Part shown: positions 43,074-52,699 of the stretch, piece by piece
Layout: each line of letters begins with the position of its first letter
How positions within the stretch are numbered: position 1 is the first letter of the stretch
NCBI GenBank assembly: GCA_044225555.1
Contig: JBGAIM010000017.1
Coordinates: 9,915-73,914, forward strand
Length of the DNA: 64,000 nucleotides
Direction: 5' to 3'
Source of the DNA: Limisphaerales bacterium
Lineage (GTDB): Bacteria; Verrucomicrobiota; Verrucomicrobiia; Limisphaerales; JADLHS01
Position numbers and translations under genes: made by a program
Notes under the pieces: model-generated
What the model was told of the DNA's origin: nothing
The model's input: only the letters and a program-made list of their open reading frames with translations
Database searches by the model: none

Positions 43074-44786
43074 ATGAAGTGGACCAAGACTCTGATTCCA
43101 ACCCTCCGCGAAGCTCCGTCGGATGCGGAAATCCTTTCTCACAAGTTGCTGCTGCGCGCCGGATTGATCCGCAAGCTCGCGGGCGGCGTTTATACTTTCC
43201 TCCCGCTCGGTCTCCGGGCGCTGCGCAAGGTCGAGCAGATTGTTCGGGAGGAAATGAACCGCGCCGGCGCGATTGAGGTCCTGATGCCGGCATTGCAACC
43301 GAAAGAAATCTGGGAGCAAAGCGGTCGGGCGGAAACGGCCAAGGACGTCTTGTTCAAGGTCAAGGACGGTGGCAATCGTGAATGGTTTCTCAGCCCGACG
43401 GCAGAGGAGGTCATTACCACGCTGGCGGCGAATGAGATCAACTCCTATCGTCAGTTGCCGAAGAATTTTTACCAGGTGAGCGTGAAGTTCCGCGATGAAA
43501 TCCGTCCGCGCTTCGGTCTGATGCGCGCGAAGGAGTTCATCATGAAGGACGCGTATTCGTTCGACACCACCGACGAGGGCGCGATGGCGAGCTACAAGAA
43601 AATGTACGATGCCTACAAACGAATCTTTGATCGTTGTGGCGTGCAGAATTTTCCGGTCGAGGCGGATACGGGTGTCATTGGGGGCAGTCACTCGCACGAG
43701 TTCATGGTGCCGGCGGACACGGGCGAGAATGATGTGGTGTTCTGCGAGGCGTGCGGTTATGCGGCGAACATTGAGAAGGCCACAAGCGGCATTCCGAAGA
43801 CTGCCGCACGTGAACTCGGGGCGGCAGTGGAGAAATTTGCGACGCCAGGTATTGTGACCATCGAAGCGCTGACCAAGGAGCCCTACAAAGTAGCCGCCAA
43901 TCGGCAGATCAAGACGTTGGTCTATGTCGCCGACAGCAAACCGATCATAGTTCTGATTCGTGGCGACGACCAGTTGAATGAGACCAAGTTCATGGCCCGA
44001 ACTGGCGCAGTGGCGGCGAGGCCGGCGACACCGGAGGAGTGTTTTGCCACGCTTAGGGCCAAACCGGGTTCTTTGGGCGCGGTGATGAATGTTCCGGCCG
44101 AAGTGAAAGTTTTGGCGGATGAACGGCTGCGCGGCGCGAACGACATGACTACGGGCGCGAATGAGGACGGATTCCATCTGCGGAATGTTTCAATTGAACG
44201 CGACCTCAAGGTGACTGAGTGGCATGACCTGCGTACCGTCACGGCGGGCGAACCTTGCGCCAAATGCGGCAAGTCTTTGAAGATTCGCCGGGCCATCGAA
44301 GTTGGACATGTGTTCAAGCTGGGGACGAAGTATAGCGAGAAACTCAACGCCACGTTCCTTGGTGAGGACGGTTCCCGCAAGCCAAGCGTGATGGGGTGCT
44401 ATGGCATCGGCATTACGCGCACGTTGCAGGCGATCATTGAACAGTGCAACGACAAGGATGGCATCATCTGGCCGATGAGCGTGGCGCCGTACCAGGTCTG
44501 TATCACGCCGTTGAGTGTGGCGGCGGATAATCCGTGCATGCAACTGGCGGAGAAGATTTATGCCGAACTCTCTGCGCAAGGTGTCGAGGTCATCCTAGAT
44601 GATCGGGATGATCGCCCGGGCGTGAAGTTCAAAGATGCAGACCTTGTGGGTTTTCCCATCCGGGTAAGCATTGGCGAGAAGTCGCTGGCCAAGGGCGAGG
44701 TAGAAATCAAGCCGCGTAACGGAGCGTTACAACTGGCAAAGTCGGACGAAACCGTCGAAAAGGTGTTGTCGCTTCTGCGATCATAA
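43074..44786 (+). CDS. proS: Proline--tRNA ligase (bacterial type with editing insertion)
   Basis: 570 aa. MKWTKTLIPTLREAPSDAEILSHKLLLRAGLIRKLAGGVYTFLPLG and class II motifs (FRDEIRPRFGLMRAKEFIMKDAYSF; GCYGIGITR). Confidence 0.92.
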   Translation: MKWTKTLIPTLREAPSDAEILSHKLLLRAGLIRKLAGGVYTFLPLGLRALRKVEQIVREEMNRAGAIEVLMPALQPKEIWEQSGRAETAKDVLFKVKDGGNREWFLSPTAEEVITTLAANEINSYRQLPKNFYQVSVKFRDEIRPRFGLMRAKEFIMKDAYSFDTTDEGAMASYKKMYDAYKRIFDRCGVQNFPVEADTGVIGGSHSHEFMVPADTGENDVVFCEACGYAANIEKATSGIPKTAARELGAAVEKFATPGIVTIEALTKEPYKVAANRQIKTLVYVADSKPIIVLIRGDDQLNETKFMARTGAVAARPATPEECFATLRAKPGSLGAVMNVPAEVKVLADERLRGANDMTTGANEDGFHLRNVSIERDLKVTEWHDLRTVTAGEPCAKCGKSLKIRRAIEVGHVFKLGTKYSEKLNATFLGEDGSRKPSVMGCYGIGITRTLQAIIEQCNDKDGIIWPMSVAPYQVCITPLSVAADNPCMQLAEKIYAELSAQGVEVILDDRDDRPGVKFKDADLVGFPIRVSIGEKSLAKGEVEIKPRNGALQLAKSDETVEKVLSLLRS

Positions 44787-44799
44787 CCAAGGCCGGGCC

Positions 44800-47337
44800 T
44801 TAAACTGCCAACGCGCGCCCGGTCTTTTGCGGCTTGGCGTTGCCATCAATGGTTTCGCGCACGATGCGGGCGAGTGCCACCCGGGTGTAGGGTTTTTGCA
44901 GGAAACGAGCGTTGTTGTTGCGGGCCAGGAAATCCGTGCTGATGTCGTCCACGGTGTAGCCGCTGGCAAAAACGATTCGGAGTTGCGGCCGTTCGGCGAG
45001 AAGTTTGTTTGCCAGGTCAACGCCGGAAACTCCGGCTGGCATGACCATGTCGGTGAAGAGTAGGTCAATCGTTTCACGGTGTTGTTCCCAGAGTTCGAGG
45101 GCTTCGCGGCCATTCGAGGCAATGGCCACGGTGTAGCCACATTCTTCAAGAATGAGTTGTGCCATCTCGCGCAGGACTGGTTCATCTTCGACGATGAGTA
45201 ACGTCTCGTTGCCACCCTTGATCGGGGCGGAAGGCGTGGCGTCTTCGTTTTTCGGTCGGGCGATTTCGCTGCTGGCGGGGAAGAAGACCTCGAAAGTGGT
45301 GCCGGATCCTAGTTTGCTGCTGACTTCCACCCAGCCTTCATGTTGTTTGACGATGCCGTAAACGGTGGCGAGGCCCAGACCGGTTCCCTTGCCGACCTCC
45401 TTCGTCGTAAAGAACGGCTCGAAGATGCGGCCAATCAAATAGGTGTCCATCCCGCAACCGGTGTCGCTTACTCGTAAGCAAACATGCGGGCCGGGGCGGG
45501 CCTCGGGATGGGTTTGAACGTAATCCTCGGCCACATTGATGGCACTCAGGCTGATCGTGAGCGTGCCACCTCGTTCCATGGCATCGCGGGCGTTGACGCA
45601 GAGGTTCATGACGACCTGCTCAAGCATGCCGCCATCGCCGTTGACCAAAGGAAATTCAGCGGGGGGGGTGAATTCCAGGGCGACCGTTTCACCAAGCAGG
45701 CGGCGGAGCATCTTGCTCATGTTGGTGACGATCTCGCGGAGGTCGAGCAGCTTGATCTGCATCACGTTCTTGCGGCTGAACATGAGCAATTGGCGCGTGA
45801 GGCTGGCCGCCCGTTCGGCGGCGAAGAAAACCGCCTGGGCTGAGTCCAACGCTTGTTGGGCAATGTCTGGTTTGGCCATCAACATGCCGGCATGGCCTTG
45901 GATGATCGTCAGCATGTTATTGAAATCATGCGCCACGCCAGCTGCCAACTGGCCGATGGATTCCATTTTTTGCGCCTGGCGCAACTGGCTTTCCAAACTC
46001 AGTTTCTCGGTAATATCCTCGACGTAACAATGGACAACCCGGCTCGCGGGCACGGGATGGAACGACCACGAGAGCGTGTGGCCGTCGATCTTCATTTCGT
46101 GTTCCACCTTGGGCAGGCCCTCATCCATGCATTGCTTCAATATCCGTCCCAGGTTTGGCGGCAGAATCGCCCGCGGATGGTTTTCGTTGACCGAGAGCGC
46201 AAGCTTGAGCGCCGTGTCGTTGAAATAGGTGATGTTACCATCCGGCGAGAGTTCCATGGCCGGATTGGGGTTCAACTGCGCGAAGGCGGCGAGCTTTTGA
46301 AGTTCGACTTCTGTGCTGGTGCGCTCGGCGGCCATGCCGAGGACATTGGCCACGGCGAGCAGGAACTGAACTTCATCTTCGGAATACTTGCGGGCAGTGG
46401 TGGCATAGGCGCCGAGCACCCCGTATGGACGGTGTCGTGTGGAGATGGTGACGCAGACGCCGCTGAGAATGCCGTGCTCGATCAGCAACGGTGGAGCGAT
46501 GAAATGGTGTTCGGCGCGCAGGTCTGGAATGACCAGCGGTTCGCCGCTGTTCAGAACGAATCCGGCCTGTGATCGTCCACGCACCTTGAACGTGTTTGAT
46601 CCCACCCGACCGTTCTTCCAGCCCAGCCCGGAGCGGAGTAACAACGACTCGTTGTCGCCCTGCAATTCGAGCACGTGAATGAAAGGCAGATCGAGGGTCT
46701 GCGCAATAAGCTGGGTCGTTTGGTTGAGCAGGGCGTTGAAATCCGAGCTCACCATGGCGAACTGTCCCAAGGCGGCGACGACGGTCTGCTGCTGGGCGCG
46801 ACGGAGCAGGAGCTTCTCGACCTCCAGTCGTTCAGAGGCGCGCTGCTGGAGTGACTCGGCCATCGAGTCAAAGGTGCGGGCGAGTTGTCCCAATTCGCCC
46901 CGGACGTCGTCCATGCCGGTGCGGCTGGTGAGATCGCCAGCGGCAAGGTGTTTGGTGGTTTTTAACAACACGCGAATCTGACGGAGAATGAATCGTTCGC
47001 CGCCATACCACGCAGCTCCCAATGCCAGCAAACCGACCAGAAATCCGGCCCAGTCTTCCAGGTGGAAGGTGTACATCAATACCAACGGCGGTACGGTCGC
47101 GATGAAAACGGTGCCGACCAGTCGGATGCGCAAACTTGAGAACGGGTCCTTGAAGGTCGATTGTTCGTGGCGGGTTTCTTTGGTCGAGGTGCCCGTCAGT
47201 ACTCGACCGGGGACGGAAATGACCACGGCAGATGGCTTGGGCGCGCGTTGCCACAGGAGCGAAGGCTTGAGCAACCTCCGCCAGCGGCTTGGCGACCGTG
47301 CGATTTCCGGGTAGTAGCCAGTGGGCGAACCGTTCAC
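44800..47337 (-). CDS. Hybrid sensor histidine kinase/response regulator (TM-HAMP-GAF-PAS-HisKA-HATPase-REC)
   Basis: H-box AAGVAHDFNNMLTII. N/G boxes (NLCVNARDAM, DTGCGMD, GTGLGLATVYGIV). C-terminal receiver (LLIVEDEPVLRE...DLLFTDMVMP). Two N-terminal helices followed by HAMP. The start is uncertain: the first in-frame start is GTG 47337, and there is no ATG before the first helix. Confidence 0.85.
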   Translation of the reverse strand: MNGSPTGYYPEIARSPSRWRRLLKPSLLWQRAPKPSAVVISVPGRVLTGTSTKETRHEQSTFKDPFSSLRIRLVGTVFIATVPPLVLMYTFHLEDWAGFLVGLLALGAAWYGGERFILRQIRVLLKTTKHLAAGDLTSRTGMDDVRGELGQLARTFDSMAESLQQRASERLEVEKLLLRRAQQQTVVAALGQFAMVSSDFNALLNQTTQLIAQTLDLPFIHVLELQGDNESLLLRSGLGWKNGRVGSNTFKVRGRSQAGFVLNSGEPLVIPDLRAEHHFIAPPLLIEHGILSGVCVTISTRHRPYGVLGAYATTARKYSEDEVQFLLAVANVLGMAAERTSTEVELQKLAAFAQLNPNPAMELSPDGNITYFNDTALKLALSVNENHPRAILPPNLGRILKQCMDEGLPKVEHEMKIDGHTLSWSFHPVPASRVVHCYVEDITEKLSLESQLRQAQKMESIGQLAAGVAHDFNNMLTIIQGHAGMLMAKPDIAQQALDSAQAVFFAAERAASLTRQLLMFSRKNVMQIKLLDLREIVTNMSKMLRRLLGETVALEFTPPAEFPLVNGDGGMLEQVVMNLCVNARDAMERGGTLTISLSAINVAEDYVQTHPEARPGPHVCLRVSDTGCGMDTYLIGRIFEPFFTTKEVGKGTGLGLATVYGIVKQHEGWVEVSSKLGSGTTFEVFFPASSEIARPKNEDATPSAPIKGGNETLLIVEDEPVLREMAQLILEECGYTVAIASNGREALELWEQHRETIDLLFTDMVMPAGVSGVDLANKLLAERPQLRIVFASGYTVDDISTDFLARNNNARFLQKPYTRVALARIVRETIDGNAKPQKTGRALAV

Positions 47338-47404
47338 GTGTCCAGATTGTCAGCACGTCGCTGGCCAACGATTTTGTTCGACAGGCCAATTCCCAGCCGG
47401 AAAC

Positions 47405-48265
47405 ATGACCGTAATGCGAACACAGACGCTCACTCTTGGACACTCGCCCGACCCGGACGATGCCTTCATGTTCTACGGTCTGGCCAAGGAGTTGATTCCA
47501 TCAGCAGGGTTTAAGTTTGAACACATCTTGCAGGACATCCAGACGCTCAATGAACGGGCCACCCGGGGCGAGCTGGACATCTCGGCTGTCAGCATCCATG
47601 CCTATGCCTACGTCAGCGACCAATATGCGTTGCTTCCCAGCGGCGCAAGCATGGGCGATGGCTATGGTCCGATGCTGGTGGCAAAGCAGAAGTTTCTGCG
47701 CGAAGAAATTGGTCGCAAGAAGATCGCCGTACCCGGCACCATGACCAGTGCTTTTTTAGCCCTGCAACTTTGGCTGGGCAAATCGTCCAAGGAGTTTGAT
47801 TTCGTCGTGGTACCGTTCGACCAGATTTTTCAGGCGGTTCGGGAAGGTCGCGCCGAAGTGGGCTTGATCATTCACGAAGGCCAATTGACCTATCAGAATG
47901 AGGGTTTGGTGGTTTGCGAGGACCTTGGCGTGTGGTGGGGCCGGGAGAACAACGGGTTGCCTCTGCCGCTCGGGGGCAACGTGATCCACAAACGGTTTGA
48001 ACCAGCCGTGCGCAAAACCGTTTCCGATGTGCTTACTGCGAGCATTCAGTTCAGTCTTGATCATCGCGCCGAGGCCGTGCAGCACGCGCTGCAATATGCC
48101 CGGGACATGGGACGAGATCTGGCCGACAAGTTTGTTGGCATGTATGTCAACCACTGGACGCTGGATTACGGTGAGCGCGGGCGTGAATCCATTCGCCGAT
48201 TTCTTGGCCGTGCCTTCGAGCGCAAGATCATTCCGCATCGCCAGGAACTGGAATTCGTTGCGTAG
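47405..48265 (+). CDS. MqnA/MqnD-family protein (futalosine-pathway menaquinone biosynthesis-like, periplasmic-binding-protein fold)
   Basis: LTLGHSPDPDDAFMFYGL...ELDISAVSIHAYA follows the LGxSPCPNDxFxFYxL pattern of MqnD/MqnA proteins as I recall it. Start at ATG 47405 (alternative 47414). Confidence 0.7.
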   Translation: MTVMRTQTLTLGHSPDPDDAFMFYGLAKELIPSAGFKFEHILQDIQTLNERATRGELDISAVSIHAYAYVSDQYALLPSGASMGDGYGPMLVAKQKFLREEIGRKKIAVPGTMTSAFLALQLWLGKSSKEFDFVVVPFDQIFQAVREGRAEVGLIIHEGQLTYQNEGLVVCEDLGVWWGRENNGLPLPLGGNVIHKRFEPAVRKTVSDVLTASIQFSLDHRAEAVQHALQYARDMGRDLADKFVGMYVNHWTLDYGERGRESIRRFLGRAFERKIIPHRQELEFVA

Positions 48266-48365
48266 CAGGTTGGTGTCGAAGTCCCGGAGAGGCTGAAGAA
48301 ATCTGAAATTAGGCGTTGCACGGTTGGGGTAAAGCTGCACTATTAGTGCTAACACCCGCCGGGCT

Positions 48366-48394
48366 TCACCACAATTAGTTGTGGTCTGGCTGGC
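48366..48394 (+). promoter_or_regulatory. Copy B of the recurring motif TCACCAC-AATTAGTTGTG-GTCTGGCTGGC
   Basis: See copy A at 32342-32369. Lies 40-68 nt upstream of the small ORF ATG at 48434. The CACAA-TTAG-TTGTG part can form a 5-bp hairpin. Confidence 0.3.
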
Positions 48395-48433
48395 TCCCGG
48401 TTGGAAGCTGTTAACCAAGAAAAAGTCGAGCCG

Positions 48434-48682
48434 ATGAAAGTTCTGCTCCAGCATAGAGAGTCGGGCCTCTATCTCAAAGAAGTCGGTGTTACCACGGGAG
48501 ACCGGAGGGAAGCCTTGGACTTTCTCAGTTCCACGCAGGCCATCAAGTTCTGCGCGGCAAACAAGATCTCCGGCATGCAAATCGTTCTCCGATTCGACGA
48601 GCAACACTTCGATATCGTACTCCCGATGACCATGAACCATCGGCATTCACCGGCTCGTTCGGTACCGGCAAGCCGATCGTGA
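48434..48682 (+). CDS. Hypothetical small protein (82 aa)
   Basis: MKVLLQHRESGLYLKEVGVTTGDRREALDFLSSTQAIKFCAANKISGMQIVLRFDEQHFDIVLPM... It sits in a 520-nt, more AT-rich gap between the MqnA/D-like gene and bioB. No family recognised. Confidence 0.5.
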   Translation: MKVLLQHRESGLYLKEVGVTTGDRREALDFLSSTQAIKFCAANKISGMQIVLRFDEQHFDIVLPMTMNHRHSPARSVPASRS

Positions 48683-48785
48683 GGCGTCCACGGCGGACAC
48701 TGCTGGTGTTGAAGTCGGCAGGACTCTTCTGCTTCAACGCGTGACAAAACTTGCGCCCGACCGTTCGCCGACTACCCTGTCAACA

Positions 48786-49883
48786 ATGATTGCGACGACC
48801 ATTGACGTGAAGACTCACCACCGGCTCGCTGAACTCGGCCAGCGGGTGCTGGCGGGCGGCCAGCTCACGCGTGACGAGGCCATGGGACTTTTCGAGTTGG
48901 AGAATTCCTCGGACATACTCGACCTGCTCTCGTGGGCCAATCGCATCCGCGAGCATTATAAAGGTAACAAAATTCACCTTTGTTCCATCGTCAACGCGAA
49001 GGCGGGCGCGTGTTCGGAGAATTGCAGTTTTTGTGCGCAATCATCCTTTTACCAGACGGGCTCGCCCCGTTATGGCTTTGTTGATCCCGAACCGGTGGCC
49101 GAAGCCGCCGACGAGGCAAATCGGAATAGTGTGACCGCCGTCGGCCTTGTCGCCGCTTGGAAAGGATTGAACGAAGGTCCGATGCTGGATGAAGTTTGTG
49201 AGCGCGTCCGCGAGTTGAAGGCCGGCGGCAAGACGCGGCCGGATGTTTCTCTCGGCATTATCAAGAACCAGCGCGTGGCTGACCGGCTCAAAGACGCGGG
49301 CGTCGAATGCTACGGTCATAATCTGGAAAGCTCCCGGCGGTTTTTCCCGAAAACTTGCACCACGCATACTTACGATGATCGGCTTGAAACCATCGGTTAC
49401 CTGAAGAAGGCCGGCATCAAGATCTGCTCCGGCGGCATCATTGGCATGGGCGAGACGCGCGCAGATCGCTGCGACCTGGCTTTTTCTCTGAAGGAAATCG
49501 GCGCGAACGTTGTTCCCATCAACATTCTCAATCCCATCAAAGGCACACCGTTTGAAAACAATCCGCCGCTGCCCGTGCTGGAGATTCTCAAGACCATCGC
49601 CTGCTTCCGGTTCATCCTGCCCCGGCAGGAAATTATGATCGCGGGCGGACGGACGGTGAATCTGCGTGACGCGCAAAGCATGATCTTTATGGCGGGTGCG
49701 AGCGCTTTGATGGTGGGCAACTATCTCACCACTTTGAACCAGCCGGTCGAGAAAGACCTGCAAATGCTCAAGGACCTCGGGCTTGATCCGAGTTGGGACA
49801 GTCACGGTTTTGCCGATCAGGAAGAAGGTGGCTGTGGCTGCGGGAAGGAAAGCTGCGCCGCCGAGCCGGTCCTCGCTCCGTAA
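48786..49883 (+). CDS. bioB: Biotin synthase (radical SAM)
   Basis: Radical-SAM CSENCSFCAQS (CxxxCxxC). YGHNLESS and GGIIGMGET blocks typical of BioB. Start at ATG 48786 (the ORF track begins at GTG 48741). Confidence 0.85.
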   Translation: MIATTIDVKTHHRLAELGQRVLAGGQLTRDEAMGLFELENSSDILDLLSWANRIREHYKGNKIHLCSIVNAKAGACSENCSFCAQSSFYQTGSPRYGFVDPEPVAEAADEANRNSVTAVGLVAAWKGLNEGPMLDEVCERVRELKAGGKTRPDVSLGIIKNQRVADRLKDAGVECYGHNLESSRRFFPKTCTTHTYDDRLETIGYLKKAGIKICSGGIIGMGETRADRCDLAFSLKEIGANVVPINILNPIKGTPFENNPPLPVLEILKTIACFRFILPRQEIMIAGGRTVNLRDAQSMIFMAGASALMVGNYLTTLNQPVEKDLQMLKDLGLDPSWDSHGFADQEEGGCGCGKESCAAEPVLAP

Positions 49884-49894
49884 GTTGGCCCGTC

Positions 49895-50308
49895 ATGAGC
49901 AGCCAAACGCAACTACGGCTTCTGCGATTGGTGCTGTGCTTCTGTGCATTCGGCTGGGGCGTTTCCGTGTTCGGCATTTTCTTGAAATGGGAGTCGGCAG
50001 TTGGCGCTTTGCAGGGGATGGGCGCCAAGCCCACCCCCTACGATCCGATGCTCGATTACTGGTTGCGGATGGCGGCAGGCGCATTCGCCTTGCTGGGGAC
50101 GGGTTATTTTTTACTGGCGATGCAGCCGCGCAAATACGCTGTGATCCTTCCTTGGTTCGGGTGGATCATGATTGTCGAAGCTGCGGTGTTGTTGATTCAC
50201 GGTTTGCGGCTGGGTTTGTCACCTTTTCCGTTCTATGGAGACGTATCTGCGTCGTTCGCAGGCGGCATGGGGATATTGACCTTGCGCAGGGCCGCGTCGG
50301 CAAATTAG
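49895..50308 (+). CDS. Hypothetical 4-helix membrane protein (137 aa)
   Basis: From ATG 49895: MSSQTQLRLLRLVLCFCAFGWGVSVFGIFL..., four hydrophobic helices. Starts 11 nt after bioB and ends 7 nt before the next gene. Confidence 0.6.
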   Translation: MSSQTQLRLLRLVLCFCAFGWGVSVFGIFLKWESAVGALQGMGAKPTPYDPMLDYWLRMAAGAFALLGTGYFLLAMQPRKYAVILPWFGWIMIVEAAVLLIHGLRLGLSPFPFYGDVSASFAGGMGILTLRRAASAN

Positions 50309-50315
50309 TCGTAAC

Positions 50316-51119
50316 ATGCAGCGACTCGGCAAGAATCACGGCGGTTACCACGGCGAAACCATAGAGATTCGTTCCGTCCTTCACGAGGTCGAACTTGCCG
50401 CGCGCGACCGTGGCTGGAAGACGGAGTGCTTTTTTGCGGCCGACAATTTCAACGGGCTTGCGCTCCGCCGCCCTGCGCGGTTGCCCGCGTCGCACTCGAC
50501 ACCTCGCATTTATATCTCCACGGGCATTCACGGTGATGAACCCGCCGGGCCGCTGGCCGCGCTGCAGTTGTTGCGTGAAAATTCCTGGCCCGGGAACCGT
50601 GAGATTGTGCTTTGTCCGTGTTTGAACCCGGTCGGCTTCACCCAGAACAAGCGCGAGAACGGGCAGGGGATCGACCTCAATCGCGACTACCTCCATTTGC
50701 AGTCGCCCGAGGTGCGGGCCCACGTTGCCTGGCTCGAAAAGCAATCGTCCTTCGACCTCTGCCTCTGTCTCCACGAAGACTGGGAATCCCACGGTTTCTA
50801 CGTTTACGAATTGAACCCCGACCGCAAACCATCGCTTGCCGAAGCCATTGTCGCCGGCGTGGAAGAAGTTTGTCCGATTGATCGCTCCGAAGTGATCGAA
50901 GGGCGTGAAGCCCACGGCGGGATCATCCGCCCCAGCATTGATCCCCGCTCGCGCCCGCAATGGCCCGAGGCCTTCTGGCTGCTCACGCATAAGACGCGGC
51001 TGTCCTACACTCTGGAAGCTCCTTCCGACTTTCCGCTGGCGGTTCGTGTAAATGCCCTCGTTCACGGTGTCCATGCAGCTTTGGCCCGCCTGCTGCTTGA
51101 TTCATCCCCGGCTGATTGA
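50316..51119 (+). CDS. M14-family zinc carboxypeptidase / succinylglutamate desuccinylase-like protein
   Basis: Zinc-ligand motif GIHGDEPAG, plus NPVGF, DLNRDY and LCLHEDWES blocks; 267 aa. Confidence 0.75.
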   Translation: MQRLGKNHGGYHGETIEIRSVLHEVELAARDRGWKTECFFAADNFNGLALRRPARLPASHSTPRIYISTGIHGDEPAGPLAALQLLRENSWPGNREIVLCPCLNPVGFTQNKRENGQGIDLNRDYLHLQSPEVRAHVAWLEKQSSFDLCLCLHEDWESHGFYVYELNPDRKPSLAEAIVAGVEEVCPIDRSEVIEGREAHGGIIRPSIDPRSRPQWPEAFWLLTHKTRLSYTLEAPSDFPLAVRVNALVHGVHAALARLLLDSSPAD

Positions 51120-51126
51120 CTGGCCG

Positions 51127-51927
51127 ATGATGAAAATTCAACTGCAGGGACTGGTGGCGGCGTTGCTTGGCGTCGCGACGACGATTCTGGCTGCGGGCGA
51201 CTCCCTGCCCACCCTCAAGGCTGGCGACGAAGTTTACAGCAATGTCACGGTGACCACGGTGACCGCTACGGATATTTACTTCAGTCATTCCCGAGGGATG
51301 GGTAACGCCAAACTCAAGAGTCTTGATCCCGAATTGCAGAAGCGATTCAAATTCGACCCCGAGAAAGCCGGCGCGACGGAAAAGCAACAGGCGGTGGCGA
51401 CGGCCAGATTTCACATGGAAGTGGCCGCCCGAAACGTTGAAGCGAAGGCCGCAGGGGAGACCGAACCACCGGTTACCGAGGAAGACGGAGACCCGGTGGT
51501 GACGAAAATCTACGCCCGCTCATTTCGCGGCCAACGCCCACCGCAGATCATCTTGCCGGAATGGGCGACCCCGCCGCCGGCCCAACCCGCCGGCAAATTC
51601 GCCTTGATCGTATTCTGGACCACCGGCTGTGAACCTTGCCGGAACCTGATCCCACAGTTGAACGAATTGCAGGCCAAGTTTAGCGACCAACTGGTCATCA
51701 TCGGGCTGAGTGATGAGTCGGTGGAGGTAATGAGGAAATTGACAACTCCGAAAGTCGAGTTCTCGCTGGCGACCGACCCCGAGGCGCGAACCCGGAACGC
51801 TTTGGAGGTGCAGGGCATACCTCACGCCATCTTGATTGATCCCAAAGAAACGGTTCGCTTTGAAGGCCAGCCGGCCTACCTCAACGAGGAACGGCTGGAG
51901 CACCTGATCTCCAAGTATTCGAAGTGA
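51127..51927 (+). CDS. TlpA-like thiol:disulfide oxidoreductase (thioredoxin fold) with N-terminal extra domain
   Basis: Signal peptide from ATG 51127 (MMKIQLQGLVAALLGVATTILAA). Redox motif FWTTGCEPCRNLIPQL (CxxC). Confidence 0.8.
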   Translation: MMKIQLQGLVAALLGVATTILAAGDSLPTLKAGDEVYSNVTVTTVTATDIYFSHSRGMGNAKLKSLDPELQKRFKFDPEKAGATEKQQAVATARFHMEVAARNVEAKAAGETEPPVTEEDGDPVVTKIYARSFRGQRPPQIILPEWATPPPAQPAGKFALIVFWTTGCEPCRNLIPQLNELQAKFSDQLVIIGLSDESVEVMRKLTTPKVEFSLATDPEARTRNALEVQGIPHAILIDPKETVRFEGQPAYLNEERLEHLISKYSK

Positions 51928-51945
51928 CGGGGCGCTCTGGGCTTT

Positions 51946-52389
51946 CTATTTCAAAGTAGCCTCGCGGCGCTTCATCCATTCGCTGCCCAGGTCGGCGAGC
52001 GTCCTGGCATTCAGGACCCGCTCCGCCAGCGGGAACACGATGCGCTCCTCCTTGTCGAAGTGTTTCCGGGAGGCGGTGATGACGCCGATCAGAAGCTTCT
52101 TGGCCGTTTTCAGATCCCTGGCCTTGCCGACCTTGGTGAGGGTTTGCTCGATCAACTCGTGTTCGTGATGAAAGGTTTCACGCTGTCCGATCTGCTCGAA
52201 GCAATGTTCCAGGGGCTCGATGAAAAGTTCGTCCTCGGTTTCGGAGTGCGGCGCCATGACCTTGTCCACCAGCACCGCGAGCGATTTCACCTCGCCCAAA
52301 GTCTTGAGCCGGGGCGCGGTCTTTTCAATGTGGTCAAACAAATGATGGAACACCGTATGTTCCGCCCGCAAGATGTCCGTGATCTTCAT
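51946..52389 (-). CDS. Hemerythrin (HHE cation-binding) domain protein
   Basis: From ATG 52389: MKITDILRAEHTVFHHLFDHIE...HSETEDELFIEPLE...HHEHELIE...HFDKEERIVFP, i.e. the His/Glu ligand pattern of hemerythrin-like domains. The 246-aa ORF-track version is an upstream extension. Confidence 0.8.
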   Translation of the reverse strand: MKITDILRAEHTVFHHLFDHIEKTAPRLKTLGEVKSLAVLVDKVMAPHSETEDELFIEPLEHCFEQIGQRETFHHEHELIEQTLTKVGKARDLKTAKKLLIGVITASRKHFDKEERIVFPLAERVLNARTLADLGSEWMKRREATLK

Positions 52390-52699
52390 AGCCCGTTTCA
52401 AAAGCAGATTGTCTGCCCTGCAAATAACCGTCTTCGGAAAATTTCGCCAGCCGATTCTTGGTTTCTTTTTTGCCAGGTGTTGGGAGCGGGTTTGGTGCGA
52501 ATCGGCCTGGCCGGGTATTGCCCAAACGCATCCTGTCAAGAAACTGAACAACCGATGCCCGTCCGCCGATTCACGGCTCGGTGGACAAGGCGACGCCTCC
52601 TGGCTTTCCTGCGATTGCGATTTGCAGTATGGTGCGATCGTGAGCAGCCAACGCCGTGAGATTGCCGGTAGCGATCCTTCCAGCAAGGTAACTGTATTG

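Noticed and set aside
42435-44177. 580-aa minus-strand ORF opposite proS
   Set aside because: Arg/Gly/Leu-rich low-complexity translation with no recognisable motifs. It lies exactly antisense to a gene with unambiguous ProRS motifs. Long shadow ORFs are expected in GC-rich DNA.
44789-44801. aaggc-cgg-gcctt hairpin between the proS and histidine kinase stops, as a bidirectional terminator
   Set aside because: The stem is only 5 bp with a 3-nt loop, there is no T-tract, and it overlaps the kinase stop codon. It is too weak to call.
48404-48411. TGTTAACC resembling a BirA operator half-site upstream of bioB
   Set aside because: No inverted partner (GGTTAACA-like) occurs 14-16 nt away on either side, and the site is upstream of the small ORF rather than of bioB.
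47756-48646. 296-aa minus-strand ORF spanning the MqnA/D-like gene and the small-ORF region
   Set aside because: It overlaps two better-supported + strand genes, has no motifs, and crosses a compositional boundary without any change in apparent coding quality.
52610-52626. tgcgattgcgatttgca upstream of the sugar dehydrogenase, sharing TGCGA..TTTGCA ends with the Fur-type palindrome
   Set aside because: It is a direct repeat of GCGATT rather than an inverted repeat, and the spacing is 2 nt longer than in the 15275-15297 box. The similarity is probably fortuitous.
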